From Octopus vulgaris (Eukaryota), in contig OX597815.1 of assembly GCA_951406725.2 (NCBI GenBank), positions 196,106,001 through 196,170,000 on the forward strand: DNA of 64,000 nucleotides. The letters are read 5' to 3'. Position 1 is the stretch's first letter, and every line of letters starts with the position of its first letter. Positions 1 through 12,789 of this stretch are shown here, in pieces. The position numbers and the translations under genes were made by a program. The notes below the pieces were generated by a model. It saw nothing but the letters and a program-made list of their open reading frames with translations, was not told where the DNA came from and searched no databases.

Positions 1-120
1 GGCTTTGGTCAGCCCGAGGCTATAGTAGAAGACACTTGCCCAAGGTGCCCCGCAGTGGGACTGAACCCGGAACCATGTGGTTGGTAAGCAAGCTACTTAC
101 GACACAGCTACTCCTACGCC
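1..120 (-). mobile_element. SINE family A, 5' tRNA-like head (cut by window edge)
   Basis: Reverse strand GGCGTAGGAGTAGCTGTGTCGTAAG...GGTTCAGTCCC (pol III A/B-box-like), near identical to 3690-3803. Confidence 0.85.
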
Positions 121-924
121 TATATAGCCAAGCATTCCCATTAACATAGATTTAGGCTTACTATTTCACTTTTCCTCACCCAAATTTTCACTTTTTGGTT
201 TAATGTACATACATATCTATTCAGTCATGTGAACGTGTTTGTAAATACAAACACATACACACTCTTCCTCTCTCTCTTTGTCTCTCTTTGTCCTATTCTC
301 AGTTTCTCTTTCACTCAAAATTTGCTCTATTTTAATACATTCTCATTAAAGCATACATCCATATTCACATATTGTGGCAGTTACTCACTCACACATATAT
401 ACAGTGTTAATTACAGGCACATGAAATCACAGTATATCAAATTCTCACATAAAAAAAAAAGAAACAAAAATCTTTCTCGTACTGCTTTCTTCTCTCAATC
501 ATCCCCCATGTCTTGTGTATGTATGCCATGAAAAAAAAAAAAAAACTAAAAATTTTAGTTCATGGAGTAGCTCTTAGCAACTATTCTTTTAAGCTATTGT
601 GCATCATTGTTTCATTTTTTAGCCGACAAGACTTGCCTTCTCAGGATGCGGTTTCCTCCCAAGAGAACACCAGACTTTAGTGAATAAACCATGCGCCCAC
701 ACGCACACATTCTCAATACCCGTACGCTCACAGGCATACACGCATACATCTATATAAAATAGGTCTTAACTAGAACATATCTGATGTTCAATGCGATACA
801 GGTTTACACGAATAAGTATATTATATATCTGTGTGTGTGTGTGTATGGGTGTGTATATGTGTGTGTTGTATGTGTAGATAGATAAATATATATATACATA
901 CATACTTATATACATACATTTTTT

Positions 925-1122
925 TAAATATGTGACAGTGTGTGTATTGTTGGCGATTTTCTTTCTCCGACTTTTCCTTTTTTTCTATATTTCTGACGAA
1001 GAGCTCCGCTCGAAACTTTAAATCCTCCTTCTTTCCTTCCTTTCCTGAGCGTCCAATAATACTATACTTGTTCCACGTCCTCGCGTTGTTGTGTTTTCTC
1101 TTTGTTCATGTTTGGATTAACT
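925..1122 (+). mobile_element. Short Penelope-derived (pLTR-like) insert with minimal hammerhead motif
   Basis: Homologous to 57962-58152(-) and 52650-52835(+); flanked by TA-rich microsatellite. Confidence 0.65.
989..1023 (+). ncRNA. Minimal type I hammerhead ribozyme-like motif
   Basis: ATTT-CTGACGA-A-GAGC tcc GCTC-GAAAC-TTT-AAAT: intact CUGANGA and GAAA cores, 4-bp stems I and II. Confidence 0.6.
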
Positions 1123-1184
1123 ATATATATGAATTTTTTGTGTAATGAGATAAAAAAAAAACAAGGCTGTATATATATTAGAGC

Positions 1185-1240
<56 letters not shown>

Positions 1241-2394
1241 ATATTTCAACCATATTTACCAGGCACAAACCACATATGATAACGAACTAAAACAGATTAG
1301 TAGCACATAAAGACATGTATTGTGTCCTTTAAATAAATAATATTTATATCTCACCAAATGGAGTACATTTTTTGTTGATCTGTCTATCATAGAACAGTAC
1401 ATCCCCCCCACCCGCACACACACACACATTGATTTAATAAGAGAAATGATGTGAGTGAAGAAATGTTTATCCTGTTAGCTGACAGCTGTTTCGCAATCTA
1501 TGTTAACAACGCTATATTATCCGTCACACTGTGTCGTTATAAGACAATCAGGCTATACTTTAGGACATTTCATCGCAGGTTAAATCACCAGACTCTGCTA
1601 TACATAGCAAATAGTTTCCCTATTTAGTCACAGGCAATTGATATATTGGGGAGATTTCATTCCTTATAAACACTAGAATTACCATATATAGGATGCACTA
1701 ATATTAACAAAGACGGTAAAAGAATAAAATAAAATAGAAATTGAAAAAGTAATAAGAAAATAATTCTATCATTAAAAAATTTTAGCCGACCATCCCGTAG
1801 TATTTAAATGAATAAACTTTATGTTGAAATATAGAGAATAAGATAAACAAATGGGTAAATAAACAAATAAATAGAATGAAAATATGGAGAGGATATAAAA
1901 AAAACTGATAATGTTTAAAGATCAAGATAGGAAGGTAGGCTTGTTTGAGACTAGGCGCATGGCCAAACAGTCTGAAAATTCGGAAATTACCCACGGCAGA
2001 TTTTGAAGGACAAAAATATTATTCTAAGACCGTGGATAATGACCCCTACATTCATAAGCGCCTCATATGAATATCCCAAGACACATGTGAATATTCCACT
2101 ATACATACATTCGTACACACACACACATGCTCACTTACGCTCACACGCATATTACAGACAGTATACTTATATCAAATAGTATTTTCAGATCAGTCAATAT
2201 CCTTATTTGTGTTTGTGTATGTGTATGTATGCGCTTGCGCGTGTGTGTATTTAGACGTTAATCTCACGCATGCTTCCATCGATTCGTATTCTATCAAGCT
2301 ATCCCGCTATCAATCTGAAAAATTAGGGTATACTATATGCCACCTATGATCATGTTGTCTACTGTTTCCGTCGTAATATATCCAGATCTATGAA

Positions 2395-2808
2395 GGCGGC
2401 GAGCTGGCAGAATCGTTAGCACGCCGGGCGAAACCTTTGCGGTATTTCGTCTGCCGCTACGTTCTGAGTTCAAATTCCGCCGAGGTCGACTTTGCCTTTC
2501 ATCCTTTCGGGTTCGATTAAATAAGTACCAGTTACGCTCTAGGGTTGATATAATCGACTTAATCCCTTTGTCTGTCCTTGTTTGTCCTTTTTGTGTTTAG
2601 CCCCTTCTGGGTAGTAAAGAAATAGGTATTTCGTCTACCGCTACGTTCTGAGTTCAAATTCCGCTGAGGTCGACTTTGCCTGTCATCCTTTCGGGGTCGA
2701 TTAATTAAGTACCAGTTACGCACTGAGGTCGATATAATCGACTTAATCCGCTTGCCTGTCCTTGTTTCCCCCCCCCCTATGTTTAGCCCCCTGTGGGCAA
2801 TAAAGAAT
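2395..2808 (+). mobile_element. SINE family B dimer (head + 2 bodies)
   Basis: tRNA-like head GGCGGCGAGCTGGCAGAA...GAGTTCAAATTCC; body repeated from 2625; TSD aatatatccagRtctat. Confidence 0.9.
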
Positions 2809-3365
2809 TAAATATATCCAGGTCTATCCAGACTTTAAGAATATACGTGATGCGTGAATTGAACTTAAGATTGATGCGTAGTATCTAATATATCATTTAC
2901 CATTTAAAACCGCAGGTTTTGAAATGAAGAAGACTTCGCGACTGCTACAAACTTCTTCATTCTATTGTTGGGATTTCTGGGATTCTACATTCTATTACTC
3001 AACGTCAATGACTAAATATACTACTATAGTAATATTAAAGTGAGCGGAACTGCATGAATCATCTTGTAATTGAAGACCACACAATATTTGATCTTTAAAT
3101 AGTATATCTAGGGCAACATCTCAAAATTGTATGGTGCAATATCAGCTATGTATGCTTATTACAAGCGTAAGGGAGTGTCCAACTCTAAACACAGTACACT
3201 GCTCGTATTGAATATATGAATTGAATAATATAATATGCATTGACACAAATAGATGTGTGAGTATGCGTTTATAAATATATATATATATATATATATATAC
3301 AATACGCGGTATGTGTCTATGTTTGTACGGGCGTATACATGTGACTGTGAAGTGTTTGTATGTAT

Positions 3366-3586
3366 ACTCTTTTACTTGTTTCAGTCATATGACTGTGGCC
3401 ATGATGGAGCACCGCATTTAGTCGAGCAAATCGACCCCAGAACTTATTCTTTGTAAACCTAGTACTTATTCTATCTGCCTCTTTTGCCGAACCACTAGGT
3501 TACGGGGATGTAAACATACCACCATCGGTTTCAAGCGATGTTGGGGGGGACAACCACAGACACACAAACATATACACACACATACG

Positions 3587-3641
<55 letters not shown>

Positions 3642-3803
3642 GACGGGCTTCTTTCAGTTTCCATCTACCAAATCCTCTCACAAGGCTTTGGTCGACCCGA
3701 GGCTATAGTAGAAGACACTTGCCCAAGGTGCCATGCAGTGGGACTGAACCCGGAACCATGTGGTTGGTAAGTAAGCTACTTACCACACAGCCACTCCTAC
3801 GCC
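3366..3803 (-). mobile_element. SINE family A, full length with internal (TA)n(TG)n
   Basis: tRNA-like head, CORE-like CCTTGGGCAAGTGTCTT segment, internal microsatellite, tail ...GGTGCTCCATCATGGCCACAGTC...GAAACAAGTAAAAGAG. Confidence 0.9.
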
Positions 3804-4410
3804 TATGTTTATATATATATATATATATATATATACATACACACACACATATGCATAATACACACGAATGCGCGCGCGCACACATAGGGACACCCACACA
3901 CAAACACGCACGCACTCACACATAGATATATGTATATATGAGGACGAATATACATATACATGTCTATATGTATGTATAAATTCATGTATACATCTGTGTG
4001 CATATTCACTGAAACAGAATCACTATACGGCGTGTTTGCTTGCTAGCTATAATATGGGTGTGTCTTCTCTAGGCACCCATTCGTACCCTCGCATTGAAAA
4101 CCAGATACTGTGGTTAAACCGCATGTTGTTTTCATTCTGTGAGAAGAAAAAGGGTTCGGCTAACATGTTTTAGCATTTTCACCCGCGCCATCATGATCGG
4201 TTACACTATTTTTTTTTCGGAGTACGGTATAGTATGAACAAACTCCGACAGAAAATAACTGCACGGTTGTAATTCGTATAATATTAGAGCAAGCTCTGAT
4301 TTACATTATTTTACTGACAGAAGCATTTTTGGATTCACGGGATTGAAGTTGAATTTACAGATAAGTTTCCTTAGCAAAAACAAAACTTGTTTGCATTGCA
4401 AAGAAACTAT

Positions 4411-4720
4411 GGGAGACCCCCTTCGGGAATGAATGACCAAGGGATTTCACCTACAATGTTAACCTCCGAGGTACAACTCCGGGCAAGATTGTTTATGGAA
4501 GGTCAGCAGTCACCCATGCATACCAGCCTCCCTTCTCCACACCACTGACGTTATCAAAGCTTGACACCAGTGATGTTGCAACTCATTTCTTCAGCTGAGT
4601 GAAATGGAGTAACGTGAAATATAGCGTCTTGCTCAAGAACGCAACACGCAGCCCGGTCTGGGAATCGAACTCACAACCTCACGATCGTAAGCTCGACGAT
4701 CTAACCACTGAGCCATGCCC
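4411..4720 (-). mobile_element. SINE family D
   Basis: Head TGGCTCAGTGGTTAG...GAGTTCGATTCCC; perfect 17-bp TSD cattgcaaagaaactat at 4394-4410 and 4727-4743; second copy at 24379-24710. Confidence 0.9.
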
Positions 4721-4927
4721 TTTTTACATTGCAAAGAAACTATTCCGAATATTTTGACACTTTGCGTCAACTACCGATATGCTTATTTGCTTTTTAGCAC
4801 TATGCCTCTTATACGCGATACTGCCTCGAGACGAATACTGCAGTTGTGTTCCTTTATACAGCATGTCTACGTTATGTTGGATACACACACACACACACAC
4901 ACATGTATGTCTACGTCATGTAGGATA

Positions 4928-5010
<83 letters not shown>

Positions 5011-5043
5011 CTATGTTATGTAGGATATATGCACACACACGAA

Positions 5044-5456
5044 GGCGGCGAGCTGGCAGAAACGTAAGCACGCCGGGTGAAATGCTTAGCGGTATTTCGT
5101 CTGTCGTTACGTTCTGAGTTCAAATTCCGCCGAGGTCGACTTTGCCTTTCATCCTTTCGGGGTCGATTAAATAAGTACCAGTTACGCACTGGGGTCGATA
5201 TAATCGACTTAATACCTATGTCTGTTCTTGTTTGTCCCCTCTGTGTTTAGCCCCTTGTGGGTAATAAAGAAATAGGTATTTCGTCTGTCGTTACGTTCTG
5301 AGTTCAAATTCCGTCGAGGTCAACTTTGCCTTTCATCCTTTCGGGATCGATAAATAAAGTACCAGTTTCGAACTGGGGTCGATGTAATTGACTTAATCTC
5401 TTTGTCTGTCCTTGTTTGTCCCCTCTATGTTCAGCCCCTTTTGGGCAGTAAAGAAA
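5044..5456 (+). mobile_element. SINE family B dimer
   Basis: Same head; second body starts at 5275 after AAAGAAATA. Confidence 0.9.
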
Positions 5457-6017
5457 CATATATACACACACATATATGTGTATTCGTGTGTGTATGTATG
5501 AATCAGAGATACGAAATAATTTCTCTGAAATCAATACACAACTGTAGCGCTTCCCCGTCTTTTGTAAGTTTAATTAATACATTCAATATGCCGGAGTAAA
5601 CGCTTTCGTTGTTTTGTTCGGTATTAAGCGCATTATATATAAATTAGATCTTAATTCGAATGTGTAGTGGTATTTCAGCCTTTTAAGGATTCCAATAAAT
5701 CACTTTCGGTCAATTTCTTCAATCTTAAAAGGAAGAACATGTCGAAGAATGCTCTCCTTGTTAGAAAATAAATAACATCAACATGAGCTGCACATTAAGG
5801 GTGAACCAAAGGTTGACCAAATACAGCATTAGCTGAACAAGGGTAGGTTTTACTGGCTTGCTACTAAATCTTGCGTGTTTACTGTGGTTAATATATTCTT
5901 TTGGTTCGATCAGATTAAATATCTCAAAGGCTTACATTGATATGCCTTTGATAATATTCGAACTACCGAACTATTATAAACTCTGTAGACTCTCATTTTG
6001 TTACTTGTTTATTCTTA

Positions 6018-6611
6018 ATTCTTTATTGCCCGCAGGGGGCTAAACATAAAGGGGACAAACAAGGACAGACAAAGGGATTAAGTCGATTATATCAAACCCA
6101 GTACGTAATTGATACTTAATTTATCGACTCCGAAAGGATGAAAGGTAAAGTCGACCTCGGCGGAACTTGCACTCAGAACGTCGCGGCAGACGAAATACCT
6201 ATTTCTTTACTACCCACAAGGAGCTAAACACAAAGGACAAACAAGGACAGACAAACGAATTAAGTCGATTATATCGAACCTAGTGCGTAACTGGTACCTA
6301 TTTAATCGACCCCGAAAGGATGAAAGGCAAAGTCGACGACTGCGGAATTTGAACTCGGAACGTAGCGGCAGACGAAATACCTATTTCTTTATTACCCACA
6401 AGGGGATAAACACAGAGGGGACAAACAAGGACAGACATAGGTATTAAGTCGATTACATCGACCCCAGTGCGTAAATGGTACTTAATTTATCGACCCCGAA
6501 AGGACGAAAGGCAAAGTCGACCTCGGCGGAATTTGAACTCACAACGTAACGCAGACGAAATACCGCTAGGCATTTTGTCCGGCCTACTAACGTTTCTGCC
6601 AGCTTACCGCC
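6018..6611 (-). mobile_element. SINE family B trimer
   Basis: One head at 6611, junctions at 6381/6382 and 6199/6200; TSD tttgttacttgYttattct. Confidence 0.9.
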
Positions 6612-7683
6612 TTTGTTACTTGCTTATTCTCCAGCTCATTAAAAAACACTATTACACTGGCGTGCAGTATCTTCCGAATCTCTTTATATTACACCAGAGC
6701 CGTTTCGGTTACTGTATCTAGCTTAATGTAGTGAATCGAGTCTCAAATAACAATCAATTCATGATCCAGATTAATTAATTATGGTCTGTAGCTTACCAAA
6801 AATATATTTGTGGAATAATATGGAAATTTCCTCGAAAACAACTTTTTCTCTCTCCTTAATACACACACACGCGTATATATATATATATAATATATATAAT
6901 AGATTTATACATCATATAATGTGCAATTTAGAAAGCAGCTTAATTACTCAAATTTCCATGTTTCACTTCTTAGGCAAGTCTTTATTGGCAAGTGTATTAT
7001 TTAGTGGATCTAATGTTCTCATAATTTAGTAGCTTTCATAACAGTTGATCACTGGCGCTTTGTTTGTCTACTTCTCTCCTGCTGCAGAATATCATTTATT
7101 TGAGTCAGTGGAGTAGAAACGAATACATACATTGATCATTTTCATATAAACACCATGTTATATAATATTCTATGAACAGCAATGTTAATTTCGTTTCTTA
7201 GTAAATTCGTCAGGTGAAACAATCTTTTCATTGTACCTTTCTGGTTAAAAGGGATATTTCTGAAAACCGCTTTTATTACAACCTTCATTATCCGATAAGG
7301 TTTCTGAGATAACAATTGTTCTTATATTTTGAGAGACAATAATTTTCCGTTTGATTATGTTCTGAGTTAGTTTCAGGTCAGACATGCCTGAGCAGGTTTA
7401 TGATCAAAGTCTAACCAGCCATGATCATTTCATGCTTTTTTTTTTCTTATATACAATGTTTCTGATTAAGATGGTTAAGAGGGATTTAGGAGAGAGCAGT
7501 CTGCGATTTTTAGCGAATTTAGCGATCATGTAGAGGTTCTCTTCTTGGCAAATTTATTGTTTTTCCTAAGTATGAATGCGAAGCGAAGTTTGCTTTCTTT
7601 CTTTTTTGTTTTAGAAATTTCTTACCCTTATTTATATCACTACCTTACTTTGGATAGTATTCGTCACTCTCTTTTTACAAGTA

Positions 7684-8061
7684 CTAGCAGTATCGCCCGG
7701 CGTTGCTCCGGTTTGTTTCGACCCTTTAGAATTGGAATTTTTGAAAAGTAAACATTCTGCATTAAGTATCTTGTTATTCTCTTTAAGTGAACAATTTTCT
7801 GAATGAAATAGACCGAAAAATGGCGACACAGCAGTCAAAATATCGTAAAAATAGGGATTTTCATAGAAAAAAAGCAACTTTTTGATGTAAATAATTTTTG
7901 GTGTTAACAAGGTCCGATTCTACGGAATGAAAAGCAAGCCTTCTTCTATCATACTCTCAATTTTGGTCAACTTGCGCCGCAAGGTCTCAGAGGAGATAGT
8001 GCTAGTCGAAGGCTACCAAACCTGCCATACAGAGACAACTTCAGCTTTATATATAGAGAGA
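7684..8061 (-). mobile_element. Non-autonomous Helitron (~380 bp)
   Basis: Minus strand A|TCTCTCTATATATAAAG ... subterminal GC hairpin ... CTAG|T, no TSD; three copies in window. Confidence 0.8.
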
Positions 8062-9043
8062 TTAGTATATTTAATTCTACCGATATTATGTAAAAATCAA
8101 TTTCGGTGAGGAAAAAGAAACTATCTGGATAGCAAACCGGATTCGTAATATTATAACTATCAATAATACAAATGCTAATTTTGAATACGCTTTGAGCAAG
8201 GTTTATTTGTGACAGCAGCCAAAATAAACCAAAATTGCATGGAATTGCGGTAAATTTTTCTTTATTACATTATATAACACTGGGACAGGGAAAATAGCAT
8301 CTATTGGTTGTAATATATTAAATAAAATGAAAACGAAAAATCGATTCTTAACCAAAGGTAATATTTAGAGAAATTTGGTAATCTTTGCGGATGTATATTC
8401 ACTTGTTACCATTTGTTGCTTTTTTCTTCTCTATTTCTAAACTATATTCCTTGCATTCTAGCGAAAAAGACCTCTAGATTAAAGCAAGAAAATCTACATA
8501 AAACCAACGTATACGTAAAAGTATTTCTCTAGCCATTTTTACTTATTCATCTTTTCCTTTCCGTGACTTCATTTCGTCTTCCTTGCTCATTGCTGTCTTA
8601 TTACCAAAGATCAAAACAGGAATAAACATTTCAAACGCACACCGAGCATATCCTTTATCAATGAATCGTTGCTCCATTGCGATTGTTTCTTTTCTGTTTT
8701 CTTGTTTAAGTTTCTTGTTAGACTGATTGGAATTCCATTGATGTTTGTGGTATTCATGAAAAGGGGAGAGAATGCGAGTACCGCAGTTAGCTAACTGAAA
8801 TAAAATTACCGGATTTATGTATAAATCTCTGCGTTGTAAGCTTTATATTCTCCCATCGCTAAATGTATATAGGACAGTTTACAATATAAATATCAAAACA
8901 TTCTAGGGAAATCTTGCGGTTGTAACGTTCAGAAGATTCTGAATATATAGGGTATATTTTGTGCAAGCATTCATCAGGCTTTATGAAAAGTCGTTAGCAA
9001 ATGTCTACCAGACTGTTAATATAAGCACATATCTATATATATA

Positions 9044-9318
9044 TCAGATGTTGCTACACATCGCTGGTCACAATGCGCTTCGAATTCTTTTAGCCTTGAA
9101 ATGACGCCACCACTCTGGCTGAGCAAGCAGGCCAACAGAAGAAAGAGTGAGAGAAAGTTGTGGCGAAAGAATACAGCAGGGATCGCCACCAGCCCCTGCA
9201 GGAGCCTCGTGGAGCTTTAGGTGTTTTTGCTCAAATACTTACAATCGCCGGTCTGGGAATCGAAACCGCGATCCTACAACCGCGAGTCCGCTGCCCTAAC
9301 CACTGGGCCATTGCGCCT
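9044..9318 (-). mobile_element. SINE family C head with tail type 2
   Basis: Head GGCGCAATGGCCCAGTGGTTAGGGCAGCGGACTCGCGG...GGTTTCGATTCCC (tRNA-Arg-like), shared with 23808 and 53828. Confidence 0.8.
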
Positions 9319-9338
9319 ACACACACACACACACACAT

Positions 9339-9401
<63 letters not shown>

Positions 9402-10203
9402 CGTGTATACAAGTGTAAGGATATGTATATATTGAATTATTCATGTATATTCATTTCGGTTTTAGCGCTCAAACGTACAGAGCATGAGTTTGTTCATAGA
9501 TGAAAGCAACTAACGTTCCAGGATTTTGAGTCTAAGATTGCACAAAGACACTCCGTTGTAAAATACGGATAAATGCACATATAAGAATATGTTTAAGAGT
9601 ATACAAACACCATGTATAAATATATGAGCTAGTTTTATAAAAACGAAAAGCATTCTGAAATGTTCACATTTATGAAACCAAAGTGAAATAAATATCAGTA
9701 ACAAATACGGATAAATATCTTTGTGGGCCCCGAGGAATTCATACTATCTTATCTAAACATATATCAGTGAAGAGCTTCGACATTGTAGTAAGTCTCAGTA
9801 TTTGACGAATACATCTTTGCTTCAGAGTTGGATGTATGAAAGAGACTAAATAAACATAGCGCAAAATGTAACTGCTATTTGCTTCTTCGAGGTTGTTGCA
9901 CACCAGGCGATAAATTTTACGCAAACTATATCTACTTCGAACCAGCGATTTTAAATCGTCTGGAGGGTGAATCCAGTGTATGTTACACGATTAGCTGGAA
10001 TAAGCAAAATATTGATGTCTGCCATTCTCGATCACCTCTGAGGCGATTCTTTTCGTCTTGATTTCACGTTTAGTGTTTCTCAACACACATCTTTAAAGGT
10101 ACTTTTCAAGAAAGAAATATCACAGCCAAAATAGTTTAACAAAACTCATATGCTAAGAATGTGACATCAATATACAATGTTTACGTTATACAGCTTTATA
10201 CAC

Positions 10204-10244
<41 letters not shown>

Positions 10245-10269
10245 CTTCTAGATAGATAGATAGATAGAT

Positions 10270-10322
<53 letters not shown>

Positions 10323-10374
10323 TTTTTTAAACTATTACTGGTTTTAATGATTAATATCAATTTCTACCTATTCA

Positions 10375-10414
<40 letters not shown>

Positions 10415-10589
10415 CTATAGATATACATACACACACACACATCGATATATACACGCGGATACAATTTTACGGATATTATATACAGGTAAATAGGGTGCCC
10501 CACGCAAGGAGAGATAATATTAGCAATTTTTCATGTTTTCAATTTTGCTTCGCATTATTAATCATCGTTTTGTATTTTTGCCCCTTGTC

Positions 10590-10780
10590 TACGACGCTTA
10601 TCCAAATCGATTGTACAGATCACGAATTTGAGGTCTGTTTAATCGACTACTTTAAACCGTGGACGACCTATGCTCTTCTTATCTGCTACTCTATAGGATA
10701 TCCTGTCTAAATATGATCTGGATGACCGATGCAGTTTCACGATGTCCACACTGGCACATCCGGGAAATCCAGTCGATACC
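10590..10780 (-). pseudogene. Possible highly decayed RTE-type LINE ORF C-terminus
   Basis: Minus frame KKSIGRPRFKVV..DLK resembles RTE GRPRLRFKD..KxDLK; stops and frameshifts. Confidence 0.25.
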
Positions 10781-11009
10781 TATTTCTTTATTACCCACAA
10801 GGGGCTAAACACAGAGAGGACAAACAAGGACAGACATAGGTATTAAGTCGATTACATCGACCCCCAGTGCGTAACTGGTACTTAATTTATCGACCCCGAA
10901 AGGATGAAAGGCAAACTCGACCTCGGCGGAATTTGAACTCACAACGTAACGGCAGACGAAATACCGCTAAGCATTTCGCTCGGCGTGCTAACGTTTCTGC
11001 CAGCTCGCC
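10781..11009 (-). mobile_element. SINE family B monomer
   Basis: Full head and single body. Confidence 0.9.
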
Positions 11010-11224
11010 AATACCTTGTCAGACAGTTGGAATCGTCTGAGCAGGTTTGCGAAGCTTTTGCACCCTCCTCTCCTATCTGCTAAACCTACACAGTACCACC
11101 TTACATCTAAAACTCCATTGAGATCCCCACTAACAGTAAAGAGCATGACGTTCCCAGGCAATTTTCCAGAGTGCTGACGCTGTTGGGGCTTAGACGGCAA
11201 CTAGCCTGAAAATGTATTAATAAT

Positions 11225-11430
11225 AATTTCTACTAAAAACACAAGGTCTGAAATTTGATGGAGAGGAGAATAGTGGATTACATCGACCCCAATGTTTCAC
11301 TACTACTTAATTTATCAACCACGAAAGCATGAAAAGCAAAATCGAACTCGGCTGATTTTGAACTCAGAACGTGGTGACGGGCGAAATAACGCTAATAATT
11401 TCGTCAAACGTGCTGACGATTCCGTCAGTC
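11225..11430 (-). mobile_element. Diverged SINE family B, alternative tail
   Basis: Recognisable TTCTGAGTTCAAA..GCTTTTCAT..GGGGTCGATGTAATC with tail ..AAATTTCAGACCTTGTG. Confidence 0.65.
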
Positions 11431-11478
11431 TTCCACCTTAATAATAATGATAATAATAATAATAGCAATAATAATAGC

Positions 11479-11510
<32 letters not shown>

Positions 11511-12541
11511 TGATGAAACAGAGAATGGAAATATATCATTCAGTGTAAGCGCAATCACTTATCGCCTGTCTTCCACTGGTCATTAATTCAAACTCTGTGA
11601 GCCATTCAGCTTTTTCCTTCATGATTCAATGCATCTAAATGTGTTTATATATTACAACGCTAATAGACCGGTTGCTTCCTAACCGTTCGTCTGTCTGTAT
11701 ATGCATATTCTATTTGCAATACAATCTGACACTAGATAGCTGGCGCCAGATTATTTTCCAAACCATACGTGAAGTTTCAAATGATATTACTTACTTTACG
11801 TGCAAATATACGGGATGCACAGAATGTTGCTGTATGTACTGTTGGACAGAGTTAATCGCTTTGTCGTATTGAAGCATACACGATGATTTGATTAAAGTTG
11901 TCACAATATGGAGAATAATCTCTTTCTCTTTATCATTTCTGTATTAGTACTTACTTTTAAGATTATATAAAATAAATATTTCGAAACCCGGCATTAAGTA
12001 AGCTCCATTTCAGAACCTTTGATTTATTTATTCCTTCATTCAAAAATCATTGGTCTTTCAAAATGGCTTCAGATTGCTGACCATTTTATGACTTCTTTTA
12101 TCAATTATATTTCATCATGATATATTTTTATAATACTATTTATTTATTTGATCAACGTATTTACTGACATAATCATTGAATTACTATTTCTGTTTCATTT
12201 TGGAGGCAACGAGTGATAACGGTTTGTTACGATCGACTGTTGATGAATTATTCTTCTGGTGTGTGAACTGTTACCGAGTTTGCAAATTCAAAAAAGAATT
12301 GATAGCACCCATGGTGTATGTCTACTGCAAACATAGCAGCTCATTTCAGCCTTCTTTTGCGTCATTACCAATAGGGTAAAGTGTATTTATACTTATGTGG
12401 CTGTGGAAGCCATTTTCAATACCATATATTGTCTATGTCTAAAGTAACCGTAGATGTCGGTGATTAGCTTGACAGTATTTTACTTGACAACATTGTGTTT
12501 AATTTTGGTTATTGAAATAATGCATGTAGTAGTAGTAGTAA

Positions 12542-12573
<32 letters not shown>

Positions 12574-12741
12574 ACAACAAAAAAATAATAATAATACATG
12601 TACATTGTTTTGTCATGGTATAAAAGATGGGCTACAGCAAATATTCTGTTCAATATACCCCGATGCAGTACCAGGCGGTGGCTCTCATGGCTTCACTAAG
12701 CATTTTGTCCAGTGCAGTAACGATTCTGTCAGCTCACTACC

Positions 12742-12788
<47 letters not shown>

Positions 12789-12789
<1 letters not shown>

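Noticed and set aside
1470-1560. Minus-strand GAAACAGCTGTC, a hammerhead 3' half
   Set aside because: No convincing CTGANGA core or stem I upstream
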